From the NCBI GenBank assembly GCA_963755025.1, contig CAVWIH010000019.1, positions 1-64,000 of the forward strand: a stretch of DNA of 64,000 nucleotides. The letters are read 5' to 3'. The notes under the pieces were generated by a model. That model ran no database searches. It saw only the letters and a list, made by a program, of their open reading frames with translations, and had not been told where the DNA came from. Positions 63,788-64,000 of the stretch are shown piece after piece (the first letter of the stretch is position 1; the number at the start of each line of letters is the position of its first letter). Made by a program: the position numbers and the translations under genes. Origin of the DNA: an uncultured Actinomycetes bacterium (GTDB lineage: Bacteria > Actinomycetota > Thermoleophilia > UBA2241).

Positions 63788-63988
63788 ATGATCAGCGCCC
63801 GTAACCAGCTGCCAGGCACCGTCAAGTCGGTGACCCTCGGCGCCGTCATGGCCGAGGTCGTCATGGACGTGGGCGGCACCGAGGTCGTCGCCGCCATCAC
63901 CCGCCACTCCGCGGAGTCGCTGGGTCTCACCGAGGGCGACAAGGTGAAGGCCGTCATCAAGGCCACCGAGGTGATGGTGCAGAAGTAG
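63788..63988 (+). CDS. TOBE-domain molybdate-binding protein (Mop / molbindin)
   Basis: SARNQLPG.V, A.IT..S...LGL..G..V.A.IKATEV. Confidence 0.92.
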   Translation: MISARNQLPGTVKSVTLGAVMAEVVMDVGGTEVVAAITRHSAESLGLTEGDKVKAVIKATEVMVQK

Positions 63989-64000
63989 GGGCGGCGCGGC

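Overview
Very GC-rich bacterial chromosomal segment, probably from a deep-branching Actinomycetota (Thermoleophilia-like) anaerobe or microaerophile; this is inferred from GC content, leaderless promoters and gene content. The backbone is a dispersed, nearly complete purine de novo pathway (purH, purN-like, purM, purF, purL, purQ, purS, purB, purE, purD, purA, purC; no purK) plus rpsF-ssb-rpsR-rplI-dnaB and tRNA-Lys. Interleaved accessory genes include murT/gatD, a wbpA/B/D/I-like sugar-nucleotide set, a DeoR/GFA/MttB unit, larB, a Rieske-glutaredoxin-FTR-Rieske-SOD redox cluster, a PEPCK-like protein and two aldehyde dehydrogenases. About ten genes carry single-base frameshifts, most likely long-read indel errors. 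The best candidates for undescribed biology are: (1) a PfkB kinase / divergent PurN / EhaR-like HAD trio inside the purM-purH operon; (2) a ferredoxin:thioredoxin reductase with a CWC motif flanked by two Rieske ferredoxins; (3) a 6S-like rod RNA at 1835-1981; (4) a PEPCK-like P-loop protein coupled to purC. No transposases, integrases or CRISPR arrays were seen. All protein calls rest on motif recognition by eye; no database searches were run.
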